A DNA stretch of 60,571 nucleotides, the filler included, from Candidatus Hydrogenedentota bacterium (GTDB taxonomy: Bacteria > JBFMHD01): NCBI GenBank assembly GCA_040752395.1. It is 6 parts of 6 records of this genome, joined end to end, with 100 filler letters (N's around TTAATTAATTAA, not from the genome) between each part and the next. Parts side by side here need not be neighbours in the genome. Positions count along the whole stretch, not along the records: positions 1 to 10,261 come from JBFMHD010000093.1; 5 more parts are not named here. One strand, 5' to 3'. Position numbers and translations under genes: made by a program. The notes under the pieces were generated by a model. The model ran no database searches. It was given only the letters and a program-made list of their open reading frames with translations, and was not told the DNA's origin. Positions 1-9,277 of this stretch are shown here, one piece after another; the stretch's first letter is position 1; the number at the start of each line of letters is the position of its first letter.

Positions 1-351
1 ACCTTAGCCGGAAGGTCTAAGGATGGGAAGGCAGTAACCATAATAATTGCCAATTTTAACCCTCATCTGTATTTTAAGGAATATCCTTTTTCCCCTCCAC
101 AAGATGCTCCATCCAGAGAAGCACCTTCTCAAGTAAGGGAAGTTATGGAAGAGGCCAAACGAGGGTATAACTATACAAAATATAATTTAGAAATGAACAA
201 TCTTCCCTGGAAATCGGCGCGGTTTGAAAGATACTTGGTTGATGATAGTCATAAGCTCGAACTAATAGAAACTGGCAAACTATCTGACTACTCATTAACC
301 CGAGAAACAAAATCTCCATCTGTAGAGATTATAAGGCTGTATGAAAAATAA
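1..351 (+). CDS. 3' end of a hypothetical protein (contig edge), possibly the C-terminal beta-domain of a glycoside hydrolase-like protein
   Basis: Reading frame continues upstream of the listed 145 start; stop at 351, 8 nt before the next gene. Confidence 0.5.
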   Translation, partial: TLAGRSKDGKAVTIIIANFNPHLYFKEYPFSPPQDAPSREAPSQVREVMEEAKRGYNYTKYNLEMNNLPWKSARFERYLVDDSHKLELIETGKLSDYSLTRETKSPSVEIIRLYEK

Positions 352-359
352 CACTGTAA

Positions 360-1568
360 ATGAAAGATAACATGAACAAAACAATCATTGCAATCATCAT
401 AGGGATTATCTTGATAACTGCGGATATCGGAGTAGTAATTAATTGTCATTCTCGAGAATCAGAGGAATCTTCAGAGCCAGCAACTTCCCAAATCAAGAAA
501 ACTTCAGGTACCTATATGGGTCACAACTGGCACATAGACGAAAACCACTTAATGTGGTGGGATGGGAAACCTTATGTGCCTTATATTAATCCATCACCGA
601 TACTGCCTGGTGAGAAGAGAGATAGATTCTGCAGAGTAGGTGATCTACACCCTACAATAGATTATCTTCATCAGCATGGAATAAGGGATATGATGCTTGA
701 GACAGCGTGGTCTCCAGAGGATGTGAATGAGTTCGCTACCCATCTCACAAATAAGGGGATGACTTATCTGTTTAGCATAGGTGGTCTGGATTTGCTGCTA
801 TTAGATAAAAAATACAATATAACTAAGGAGGATAGATTTGCTTATACCATACTGTACAGTACAACGCCAGGTTCGGCTTCTTATAATCTGAAATTAGGTG
901 TTCCCTTCATTAGCGATTACGGTTTTGGCTCAGGAGATTCTCCTGGGGTACAACTTGATGAAGTAAAGGCATATATCTTTGACTATTCCGAAGGGGAATA
1001 TGATTCATTGGAACAAGAAGAGAAAATAGCACAACTACAGAAGGAGTTCTTCTTGTATATATTAGGAAAGGGTGCAGGAGAATTCTCTGCAATGATAAAA
1101 TGGATTTTTGGAGATGTTCCCACACTTATAGAAGCATGGGCTGCATATGATCTGATTTTTAACGAACCTGCCTTAAAATATGGAGTAGATGCCTTGAGTG
1201 TGACTTATAATGGTAACTTTGAAGTAGATGATCCGATGATTAATTTCAATACCCGAGGAGATTTTGCTAATGCCCTAAGAGTGCTGGATAGAGTCCAAAA
1301 CGAAAGTGGAAAAACAAAATTGTATTGGAGCATTCAAACATTTGGGATAGGACCTTTTAAAACCAAGGATGAAATGAAAAGGTTTTATATGAAATTGGCA
1401 GATGTTGGTGTAAAAGGTTTCCAGTATCTGAATGAGAATAATTATGGCTGGTATAAAAGGCATCCAGAGATTGACATGCCATCTCATCAACAAGAACGCT
1501 TTAAGTGGTTTTCCGAATTAAGGGATGAGATAATCCAGGCTGTGATTGAAGAAGGAAGTAAAAAATGA
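360..1568 (+). CDS. Secreted or membrane-anchored hypothetical protein, possibly glycoside hydrolase-like
   Basis: 402-aa ORF with N-terminal hydrophobic segment; no family recognised with certainty. Confidence 0.6.
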   Translation: MKDNMNKTIIAIIIGIILITADIGVVINCHSRESEESSEPATSQIKKTSGTYMGHNWHIDENHLMWWDGKPYVPYINPSPILPGEKRDRFCRVGDLHPTIDYLHQHGIRDMMLETAWSPEDVNEFATHLTNKGMTYLFSIGGLDLLLLDKKYNITKEDRFAYTILYSTTPGSASYNLKLGVPFISDYGFGSGDSPGVQLDEVKAYIFDYSEGEYDSLEQEEKIAQLQKEFFLYILGKGAGEFSAMIKWIFGDVPTLIEAWAAYDLIFNEPALKYGVDALSVTYNGNFEVDDPMINFNTRGDFANALRVLDRVQNESGKTKLYWSIQTFGIGPFKTKDEMKRFYMKLADVGVKGFQYLNENNYGWYKRHPEIDMPSHQQERFKWFSELRDEIIQAVIEEGSKK

Positions 1569-1636
1569 TTACAAAATTTAGGCGGGGTTTGGAACTCTGG
1601 GGAAATCTTCGGTTTCCTTGCCTCGTTTCGCTCGGT

Positions 1637-1748
1637 CATATAACTGGTGGGTATACGCTCGTCGGGACTTTGTCCATCCTCGGATTCGCTTCGCTTACCA
1701 AATTACGACCTTCGGTCGCAACTTCGGATACCAGCCTGACGTTATATG
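1637..1748 (+). other. Integron attC-like recombination site (solitary)
   Basis: CATATAAC (1637-1644) and GTTATATG (1741-1748) are complementary ends with AAC/GTT cores; inner GGTATACG/CGGATACC boxes; internal hairpins; 112 bp. Confidence 0.6.
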
Positions 1749-1918
1749 AAATTCGGCTCAGATAGTAAGGAGGATGTAATCAAAGCTTTTGACTGAGGAA
1801 TGAGGCGTCATCCTCCTTATCGTGGTCATACCACACAAACTATGAAGACGTGTTCCTCATCACCTCGGAATAACATATACAATAAGTTGCAATTTTTGCA
1901 ACTAAACTAACAACTATT

Positions 1919-2986
1919 ATGAGAGATAAAACTATGAGAGTTCAAAAGAATGAAGGTTTGGATTTGTTCCCTGCTTTAGACCTTGTCAAAAAGGATAAGC
2001 GTAAAGGGAAAACTACTGAGAAACTTGAACGATTAGACTTACATGGTGAATTGAGAAAGAAAATATTGCCACTTTGTAGGTTAAAATATGGCGAAATATG
2101 GGAAGATCCTATTAAAGGACACAGGGTAGGCGTATTGGATGCAACAAATCTGAAAGAAGTAAAAAAAATAATGGGCGTGGAAAAAGCAAAGTTAGTTGTA
2201 AATGACCCACCCTATAATGTGCCAGTGGGAAATGCAAACACAAAAGCGCTCTTTAAGATAAATATAGGAGAATATTTAGAGTTTTCAGAAAAATGGGTCC
2301 GAAATGCAATTTTAGTAATGGATAAAAATGCTCATTTTTATATTTGGTTGGGAGCGGATTACAGAGACAATCTTCAACCACATCCTGATTTTATTATTTT
2401 AATAAGAAAATTCAAAGAGTTGAAACCTAAAAATTTCATTACAATGAGAAACCAAAGGGGATATGGTACGCAAAAAAACTGGATGTGGGTTAGGCAAGAA
2501 CTCCTTTATTATGTTAAGGGCAATCCCGATTTTAATGTAGAAGCTGAATATACAGATATTCCTAAAATATTAAGGGGATACTATAAAGAAGTTAATGGAA
2601 GAATTACAGAAAATTTAGAGCGGAGCAGGTCAAAGTATATAAGAGCCGGCAATGTATGGGTAGATATTCAGCAAGTATTTTATAGGATGGAAGAAAATGT
2701 GCCAGGATGTTATGCCCAGAAACCTTTAAAGGCAGTAGAAAGAATAATTTTATCAAGTAGTCATGAAAAAGATTTGGTTGTAGACTTCTTCGCTCATTCT
2801 GGGACAACTTTAATTGCCGGGGAAAGGTTAGAAAGAAAAGTATATACATTTGATATTGATTCTATATTTGCCGAGATTACAATACGGAGATTAGAACGTT
2901 TTAGAAAGACAGGGGAAACAGGTTGGCAGTGGCAAAATCCTTTCCCCGAAATTGAAGATGAAAAGGAGAAACAAAAATGGACATAA
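1919..2986 (+). CDS. Site-specific DNA methyltransferase (N6-A/N4-C, beta-class), orphan
   Basis: NDPPY catalytic motif precedes the DFFAHSGTT SAM-binding motif; QKP motif; no neighbouring REase. Confidence 0.9.
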   Translation: MRDKTMRVQKNEGLDLFPALDLVKKDKRKGKTTEKLERLDLHGELRKKILPLCRLKYGEIWEDPIKGHRVGVLDATNLKEVKKIMGVEKAKLVVNDPPYNVPVGNANTKALFKINIGEYLEFSEKWVRNAILVMDKNAHFYIWLGADYRDNLQPHPDFIILIRKFKELKPKNFITMRNQRGYGTQKNWMWVRQELLYYVKGNPDFNVEAEYTDIPKILRGYYKEVNGRITENLERSRSKYIRAGNVWVDIQQVFYRMEENVPGCYAQKPLKAVERIILSSSHEKDLVVDFFAHSGTTLIAGERLERKVYTFDIDSIFAEITIRRLERFRKTGETGWQWQNPFPEIEDEKEKQKWT

Positions 2987-3243
2987 AACAGTTGAAGCAA
3001 CTTATTAGAGTATATAAGCCTCAGAAGATTATCTTATTTGGTTCTTTAGTAAGTGGCAAAATAAAGGAAGGGACAGATATCGACCTTTTTATTGTCAAAG
3101 AAGATGTGCCTAATCTTGGTGTCGATAGAATACGCCAATTGGATGGATTGATCAAATATAAACTAGCTACTGACTTCATTGTGTACAGACCTGAAGAAGT
3201 GGAGCAAAGGTTGAAATTAGGTGATCCATATTCAGACTCTTAA
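2977..3243 (+). pseudogene. Minimal nucleotidyltransferase (MNT antitoxin-type), C-terminally clipped, no HEPN partner
   Basis: IILFGS...DIDL motif; ends LGDPYSDS overlapping a convergent gene. Confidence 0.7.
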
Positions 3244-3528
3244 TATACGAAACACTACACCATAACCGGTATATGGTTTTCCCGGGTCGATACAATGTAC
3301 ATACAGTTCGTCTTCTATACCGTGTCGTACTTTCACAACTTCTGAACACATAGGAGGTATGCACCACATACATATAGTATGTGTAGAACTTTTATCAGTA
3401 TCTATGACCCAGGCGCCCTGTTCGGTGCTACGCATATAAATAAAATCGCCAGGTTTGAATACCGGACAATCGTTTTTTAATTCAACAACTTCTGCTTTGA
3501 CATCAAACTTTTGTTTTGTCGGTTCCAT
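3232..3528 (-). CDS. TIGR04076-like small Cys-rich protein
   Basis: CPVFKPGD...ICMWC...HCIDPG...GVVFRI pattern. Confidence 0.7.
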   Translation of the reverse strand: MEPTKQKFDVKAEVVELKNDCPVFKPGDFIYMRSTEQGAWVIDTDKSSTHTICMWCIPPMCSEVVKVRHGIEDELYVHCIDPGKPYTGYGVVFRILRV

Positions 3529-3557
3529 AACTATACCCAGGGTAATCTCATAAAAAT

Positions 3558-4799
3558 TCAGAAATATTTTTCAACGAATGATTCGAGTGCGTCTTCAAAA
3601 CATTTCATTGGTGGGTTGACAAGTCCGGCACCAACCTGACCGATACCTGCCTCTTTATGAGCGATACCGGTATTAATCTGTGGCAAAATATTTAGTTCGC
3701 AGACTTTAATAATATTGATACCTGTTGGAGAGCCACGGAAATCAAGTGCAGGGATTTGAAAAGTTTCTGATTCGGTTTCTGTTATCTCATACATCTTCAT
3801 AGTAAAATTCAAAGCATCTTTAACTGTTCCGCCAACGAATTTAACGATAGCAGGTGCAGCTGCCATCGCGAATCCGCCAAGGCCGCAGGTCTCTGTTATT
3901 GAGCTATCACCGATATCAGGGTTTGCATCTTTTTCAGAAAAGCCGGGGAAATATAAACCTTTTATATATGATGCAGGCCCTGTAAACCATTTGTCTTTCA
4001 ATCCAGCGACACGGATCCCAAACTCAGTACCATTTCTACTCATTGTGGTAACGATACTTGAGCCTGGAATCCATTCAGCAGATTGCATTATAGCTTTACA
4101 GGCTGGCATACTGAGATTAAGGAAGAAATGGTCGTTTGAGTTCATAAATTCAAGCACTTTTTTCTTATCTTTAGCCTGGAACTTTGTTTCGAGGATACAT
4201 GGTGCGAGCTCTCTGATTAAGAGCGAGGTTGCAGCGCGATTACGGTTATGTAACTCGTCGCCCATTTGTAATGCTTGAGCAATGATTGTTTTAAGATTTA
4301 TTTCGCCATGCAATTTAATTGCTTCGGCTAACACCGGTGCAAGGGCTTCCTCGATCCATTTTAATCTGTCTAACACCTCATCCTGGTATGCACCGTATCT
4401 TAATACTTTTCCTAAACCTTCATTTAGTGTACAGAAAGTTTTATTACCTTTAGTTTTGTTTTCGATTATAAAGACAGGCATTCGAGCTGTGCAGACACCA
4501 GCCATCGGTCCAACGCCGCTATGTTCATGCCACGGTTCAAACTTGATTTCGCCAGAAGATGCAAGTTCTATAGCTTCTTTTTCGTTTTTACATAAACCCT
4601 GATATATAAGTCCACCAATAACAGCACCTCTTAGCGGTCCGGACATTTTATCCCAGCTTATAGGTGGGCCTGCGTGCAGAACCAACTTTTCATTCATTCC
4701 CGGGACAACGTTTTTTGCGGTCTCTATACCGATTAAAACAGGTTGGCTCGATTGGATATTCTTAATAGCTTCTGTATTTGCTTTATCTATATCGACCAT
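3558..4799 (-). CDS. DUF1116 / YlbE-YahG family protein
   Basis: LHAGPP, VGPMAG, NEGLGKVLRYGA, MGDELHNRN, DIGDSSITET, GIGQVGAG motifs. Confidence 0.88.
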   Translation of the reverse strand: MVDIDKANTEAIKNIQSSQPVLIGIETAKNVVPGMNEKLVLHAGPPISWDKMSGPLRGAVIGGLIYQGLCKNEKEAIELASSGEIKFEPWHEHSGVGPMAGVCTARMPVFIIENKTKGNKTFCTLNEGLGKVLRYGAYQDEVLDRLKWIEEALAPVLAEAIKLHGEINLKTIIAQALQMGDELHNRNRAATSLLIRELAPCILETKFQAKDKKKVLEFMNSNDHFFLNLSMPACKAIMQSAEWIPGSSIVTTMSRNGTEFGIRVAGLKDKWFTGPASYIKGLYFPGFSEKDANPDIGDSSITETCGLGGFAMAAAPAIVKFVGGTVKDALNFTMKMYEITETESETFQIPALDFRGSPTGINIIKVCELNILPQINTGIAHKEAGIGQVGAGLVNPPMKCFEDALESFVEKYF

Positions 4800-4808
4800 A
4801 ATGTAACC

Positions 4809-4878
4809 CCCATCAGTTATAGGTGGTGAAGAAATAAGAAGTGAGAAGTATCAGAACACCAAACACCGAACTTAAGAA
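4809..4878 (-). repeat. Partial mosaic intergenic repeat upstream of the DUF1116 gene
   Basis: CCCATCAGTTAT shared with 56551-56562; AAGAAGTGAGAAGTATCAG shared with the 5681-5950 and 10362-10725 elements; ACCGAACTTAAGAA shared with 42047-42060. Confidence 0.7.
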
Positions 4879-4934
4879 TACTATCGAAAGACTAAAGGAA
4901 TACACCATAATATTTTTAGGTACAGGGGTTTTAT

Positions 4935-5672
4935 TTAAATCTCAATTTCCTCTGGAAGAGTAAATTTTTCATTTGCTTTTAATAGTTCAGGTGGTACTGG
5001 TCGTTGAAACTCAGCACCTACAAGGTCTCTCAAATACTTTTTTACTCGTTTATCCCAATAATCTTTTGTCATATAAAAGACTTTAGCTCCGCCAAGTTCA
5101 TGTTGGTACTCGGGATAAGGTTTAGAGGGTTGAGCCATCTGGATAGCCCATCGTTTAAATCCGTTATAGCTCTCATAGGTTGCCCAGAACTCTTTCTGAC
5201 CCAATATATCAAAACAGTATTCAGCTTTAGCATAATACATAGTTGCTCCAGCGCGCATTCCGCGGGCAAAAGCCATAGTATGTAAAGAGATATTTATATC
5301 TTCATTCCATAGCCTGCCATTACAGAAACCTGCTAATTTTCCGTCAATCAAACCTACGAAGGTATATGGGTCTTTTAGTCTTTTACGGATAACGCCGAGG
5401 AGTTCTGCATAGACACGGATGCCAACTATATCATAAAAATCTTTTCCTTCTTTAAATTGTTCGCTAGCTACTAATTTTTGCATCATTTCTATAAGTAGAG
5501 GGAATTCATCTTCTCTTGCTTCTCTTATAACCATATTCTTGCCTTTAAGAGTGATGAATGCAGGTGGGTATGGTTTCTGGGCTAATGGTGGTAGTTGAAA
5601 CAGGGCCTCGAGTTCGCTGACATCGAACTCTATTTTTTCTTGAGACACTTTACAGGGAACTTTTTCTTTCAT
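4935..5672 (-). CDS. GNAT-family N-acetyltransferase-like protein
   Basis: MVIREAREDE...FVGLIDGKLAGF GNAT-like strands. Confidence 0.65.
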   Translation of the reverse strand: MKEKVPCKVSQEKIEFDVSELEALFQLPPLAQKPYPPAFITLKGKNMVIREAREDEFPLLIEMMQKLVASEQFKEGKDFYDIVGIRVYAELLGVIRKRLKDPYTFVGLIDGKLAGFCNGRLWNEDINISLHTMAFARGMRAGATMYYAKAEYCFDILGQKEFWATYESYNGFKRWAIQMAQPSKPYPEYQHELGGAKVFYMTKDYWDKRVKKYLRDLVGAEFQRPVPPELLKANEKFTLPEEIEI

Positions 5673-5680
5673 AACTAATA

Positions 5681-5950
5681 TCCTCCTCTGAAAAAGTAAG
5701 AAGTAAGAAGTGAGAAGTATCAGGACAGGCTACAGGCTTCGGACTACAGCCGGCTGGAACCCGAAGCCCGGAGCCTGAAGCCAACATATCATCTTTAGTT
5801 TTTCATCCTTTGTGTAGAACGCAATAACCCAATAACCCAAGAACCCAATAGTGTAGAGCGCAAACCGCGCTCATGAGTACTCCTTCGAAAAAGTTCGGAG
5901 TTCGGAGCTCGTATTTATTATTACGAACTCCTAACTCCTATCTTTTTCAT
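5681..5950 (-). repeat. Mosaic intergenic repeat, modules A-B-C-D, ending in SD of the GNAT gene
   Basis: Segments near-identical to 51806-52083, 42020-42256 and 54361-54540. Confidence 0.95.
5803..5874 (-). CDS. Putative module-B mini-ORF MSAVCALHYWVLGLLGYCVLHKG (23 aa)
   Basis: GAAGGAG-N5-ATG; open to a TGA overlapping the next ATG. Confidence 0.35.
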   Translation of the reverse strand: MSAVCALHYWVLGLLGYCVLHKG

Positions 5951-6221
5951 GGGATTCCGGTATCTCCAATCAACAATTTTTTTCTTTACATTAAATTTTT
6001 TTGAGAATAATTCAATTCCTGGTAGACCCATTTTTTTTCTACCACTTTTTACTTCAATTGCGATTATTGATTTATGCTTGCAAATTACAAAATCAACCTC
6101 GCGATTGTTACCAGCCCAGTAAAATAACTCTATACTGTCTGGGTCCTGTAAGTACTTGTATAAAACGTCTCTTCTCTCGTAATCTTTTAAAAATTATGTC
6201 TACAGCATTTCTTTTGAACAT
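5948..6221 (-). pseudogene. AAA_14/DUF4143 ATPase remnant with large internal deletion
   Basis: MFKRN...FIQVLTGPRQ (start of Walker A) joined out of frame to IELFYW...EVDFV...IAIEVKSG (C-terminal PD-(D/E)XK part). Confidence 0.75.
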
Positions 6222-6338
6222 TTAGCCACCAAAACCGTCTGGTATTTTACTCATCATCCTGAGTAATTTTACTCAAAATTATTAACAATGTCAATAGTCT
6301 TGTTTCTGAATAAAGCAAGTGGAGATAACTGGAAAGAG

Positions 6339-8063
6339 TTACATAGGGTGGATGGTTTTGATGCCAAGTAAAGAAAGACCGCGGGTCATTATTTTTAATG
6401 TCATATCGCAGAGTAATAAGCGAAATTGACGAGGTGATGAATCGGCTTTAAGAACCGGGTTTTCTATATAAAATTTGTGAAAGGTATTAGCGAGATTAAA
6501 GAGATATTCGCAGAGTAGATGAGGGTAATATTTATTTGTAACGTTTCTTACATTTTCAGGATAAAAGAGTAGAGACTTAAGTAAATTAATATCCATCTGA
6601 TTGAGGTTATCAGGTAATTTGTCTATATAAAGATTATTTTCATTTATGTTACCTTTTTCAAATATGCTTTTAATACGTGCGCAGGTATATTGCAAATAGG
6701 GTGCGGTATTACCGTCAAATGACAGCATTTTATCCCATTCGAATACCACCATAGTTTCACGGTTCTGTGATAAATCATTATATTTCACAGCGCCGGTACC
6801 GATGATTTCTGCTACCTTTTGTTTATGTGATTCATCCATCTCGCCCCGTTTATCTGATATAAGTCTATAAGCACGCTCCTTTGCTTCGGAAAGAAGGCTT
6901 GATAATTCAATTACTCTACCTTCTCGTGTAGAAAGATGGCCATCAGCAAGCCGCATAAGTCCAAAAGAGATATGCTCAAGTTCGCAAGCTATATTCATAT
7001 AATTTTTTGCAGTATAGAATAACTGCTGGAAATGAAGTGATTGGCGATCGTCTGTGACATATAAAATACGATCAGGCTTGAATATTTCTATACGATATTT
7101 TATTGTAGCGATATCAGTGGTTGCATACAAAAAGCCGCCATCCTGTTTTCTTATTATAACTGGCGATAGTTTTGTTTGTTCCGGGAAAAAGAGGCAGCAG
7201 GCGCCATCATCAATTTTTGCGATACCTTTGTTGATAAACTCAGAAACGATACCAGGGAGCATAGCTTGATAGAAACTTTCACCGAGGCTATAATCGAACC
7301 CGATATCGAGTAATTTGTATATCTTTGACCACTCTTTACTACTTATATCAACGAGTTTCTGCCATATTTCTATATTCTCCTTATCGTTATTCTGGAGTTT
7401 TACAAGTTCTTGTTTAGCTTTTTCAGTCAGGTCCGGGTCGTTTTTTTCTTTTTTCTCGAAATCAACATAGATTTCAAGGAGCTTCTGCATCGGTTCTTGC
7501 TCTAAGGAATCTATATTTGCGAAATGTTTCAGGGAATAAATAAGTTTACCAAACTGCGTACCCCAATCACCTATGTGATTATCGGCAATAACAGTGTGAC
7601 CGAGTTCTTTGAGTATCCGTCTTATGGAGTCGCCGATTATGGTTGAGCGGATATGACCTATGTGCATAGGTTTGGCAACATTAGGTGACGAAAAGTCAAT
7701 GACTATGGTTTCAAGTTTCTCTGGCTGTGGGATACCAAGAGATGGAGAGGCATAATTCTCAATAAGTAATTTATAACAGTAGTATGGATTTAATTTAAAA
7801 TTAATAAAACCAGGACCAGCTATCTCAGATCTAAAATCATTTTGGCCTAAATTTTTCTGGATGAGTAGTGCTATTTCTTTAGAAGACTTTTTATAGATTT
7901 TAGCAAGAGCCATCGCACCATTAAATTGATAATCACCATAGTCTTGTTTTTGGTTAGGGACAACTTTTAGATAAGGATATAATTGTGGGTCGATATTTTC
8001 TGATATCGACTTTTTGAAAGAGGAGACAATCTGTTCAGAAATAGCTTTATCTAAAAATGGCAT
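6339..8063 (-). CDS. argS: Arginine--tRNA ligase
   Basis: DFSSPNVAKPMHIGHIRST (HIGH), NHIGDWGTQFG, GNTAPYLQY. Confidence 0.98.
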   Translation of the reverse strand: MPFLDKAISEQIVSSFKKSISENIDPQLYPYLKVVPNQKQDYGDYQFNGAMALAKIYKKSSKEIALLIQKNLGQNDFRSEIAGPGFINFKLNPYYCYKLLIENYASPSLGIPQPEKLETIVIDFSSPNVAKPMHIGHIRSTIIGDSIRRILKELGHTVIADNHIGDWGTQFGKLIYSLKHFANIDSLEQEPMQKLLEIYVDFEKKEKNDPDLTEKAKQELVKLQNNDKENIEIWQKLVDISSKEWSKIYKLLDIGFDYSLGESFYQAMLPGIVSEFINKGIAKIDDGACCLFFPEQTKLSPVIIRKQDGGFLYATTDIATIKYRIEIFKPDRILYVTDDRQSLHFQQLFYTAKNYMNIACELEHISFGLMRLADGHLSTREGRVIELSSLLSEAKERAYRLISDKRGEMDESHKQKVAEIIGTGAVKYNDLSQNRETMVVFEWDKMLSFDGNTAPYLQYTCARIKSIFEKGNINENNLYIDKLPDNLNQMDINLLKSLLFYPENVRNVTNKYYPHLLCEYLFNLANTFHKFYIENPVLKADSSPRQFRLLLCDMTLKIMTRGLSLLGIKTIHPM

Positions 8064-8227
8064 AAGTTATACACCGCTACCATGACGCCACACAAATAGC
8101 CTGGTGGCGTTGGTATCGGCTATTTTTCTATGAGATACGGAATTTGTAAATAATTTTTTTTGACAGAAATCTGATATTGAGGTAAAAAAAAGAAGTGTAT
8201 GGCTTTGTGGTTTTAAAAAAGGTAGTT

Positions 8228-9250
8228 ATGATATGGCTAATCTTTTTTATAATTGTTTTCATACTTTTGTGTGCTTTCCAGATAATTCTTAGAATAGTGG
8301 TCAAGAAACTTAGCGAGGTATCTAAAAAGACCAGGACAGACGTAGATGACCTTATAGTTGAGTTACTCGGTAAGACTAAGTTTGTATCTTTACTTTTTGT
8401 TTCTTTATATATAGCTTCATTTATTTTAAATTTATCGGATAGGGTGCGGAGACTTACAAACGGCGTTATTATAATAGTTTTATTATTGCAGGTCGCGTTT
8501 TATGTAAATGCTATAATCAATTACTGGATAACAAAATACAAAACGAAAAAAAGAGATGAAGGTGCTATGGACGGCACGACCATCACAGCGATTGGATACA
8601 TAAGCAGAATGATATTATGGGTTGTGATACTGCTTCTTGTACTTGAGAACGCCGGGATTGATATAACTGCTCTTGTTGCAGGACTTGGTATAGGCGGCAT
8701 AGCGGTAGCATTAGCAGTTCAGAATATTCTCGGTGATATTTTTTCGTCATTATCTATCATACTTGATAAACCCTTTGTTATCGGTGATTTCATCGTGGTT
8801 GGTGATTATTTGGGAACAGTTGAACATATAGGATTGAAAACCACTCGTATTCGCAGTCTCTCAGGTGAGCAGCTTGTGTTTTCAAACACTGATCTTTTAA
8901 ACAGCCGGATACGCAATTACAAACGGATGGCGGAGCGCCGCGTGGTATTTAAGTTTGGAGTTATCTACCAGACCCCACTTGAAAAACTTAAAAAGATACC
9001 ATCTATACTAAAGGGGATAATCACAGCGATTAACGATACAAGATTTGACCGCACTCATTTCGTTTCGTTTGGAGATTCATCACTTGATTTCGAGGTGGTG
9101 TATTACGTTTTAAAGCCAGATTACAACGTTTATATGGATATCCAGCAGGCAATAAATCTTGCATTATATAAAGAGTTTAAAGAAGAGGGTATAGAGTTTG
9201 CCTATCCTACACAAACGATTTATATAGAGAAAACAGATTTACCCTGTTAG
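8228..9250 (+). CDS. mscS: Small-conductance mechanosensitive channel
   Basis: GLGIGGIAVALAVQ...DKPFVIGD...GTVEHIGLKTTRIR; start uncertain (8195 or 8228). Confidence 0.92.
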   Translation: MIWLIFFIIVFILLCAFQIILRIVVKKLSEVSKKTRTDVDDLIVELLGKTKFVSLLFVSLYIASFILNLSDRVRRLTNGVIIIVLLLQVAFYVNAIINYWITKYKTKKRDEGAMDGTTITAIGYISRMILWVVILLLVLENAGIDITALVAGLGIGGIAVALAVQNILGDIFSSLSIILDKPFVIGDFIVVGDYLGTVEHIGLKTTRIRSLSGEQLVFSNTDLLNSRIRNYKRMAERRVVFKFGVIYQTPLEKLKKIPSILKGIITAINDTRFDRTHFVSFGDSSLDFEVVYYVLKPDYNVYMDIQQAINLALYKEFKEEGIEFAYPTQTIYIEKTDLPC

Positions 9251-9277
9251 AGAAAATTACTTTGTCAGTACCTAATT

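Noticed and set aside
1565..1765. 66-aa ORF
   Set aside because: Spans the attC-like palindrome and has no recognisable protein features
6001..6225. Plus-strand 74-aa ORF
   Set aside because: Shadow of the minus-strand AAA/DUF4143 remnant
8064..8130. T-box or attenuator upstream of argS (also checked trpB and metY leaders for riboswitches)
   Set aside because: Only a short ACGCCAC/GTGGCGT inverted repeat; no T-box or SAM riboswitch consensus visible
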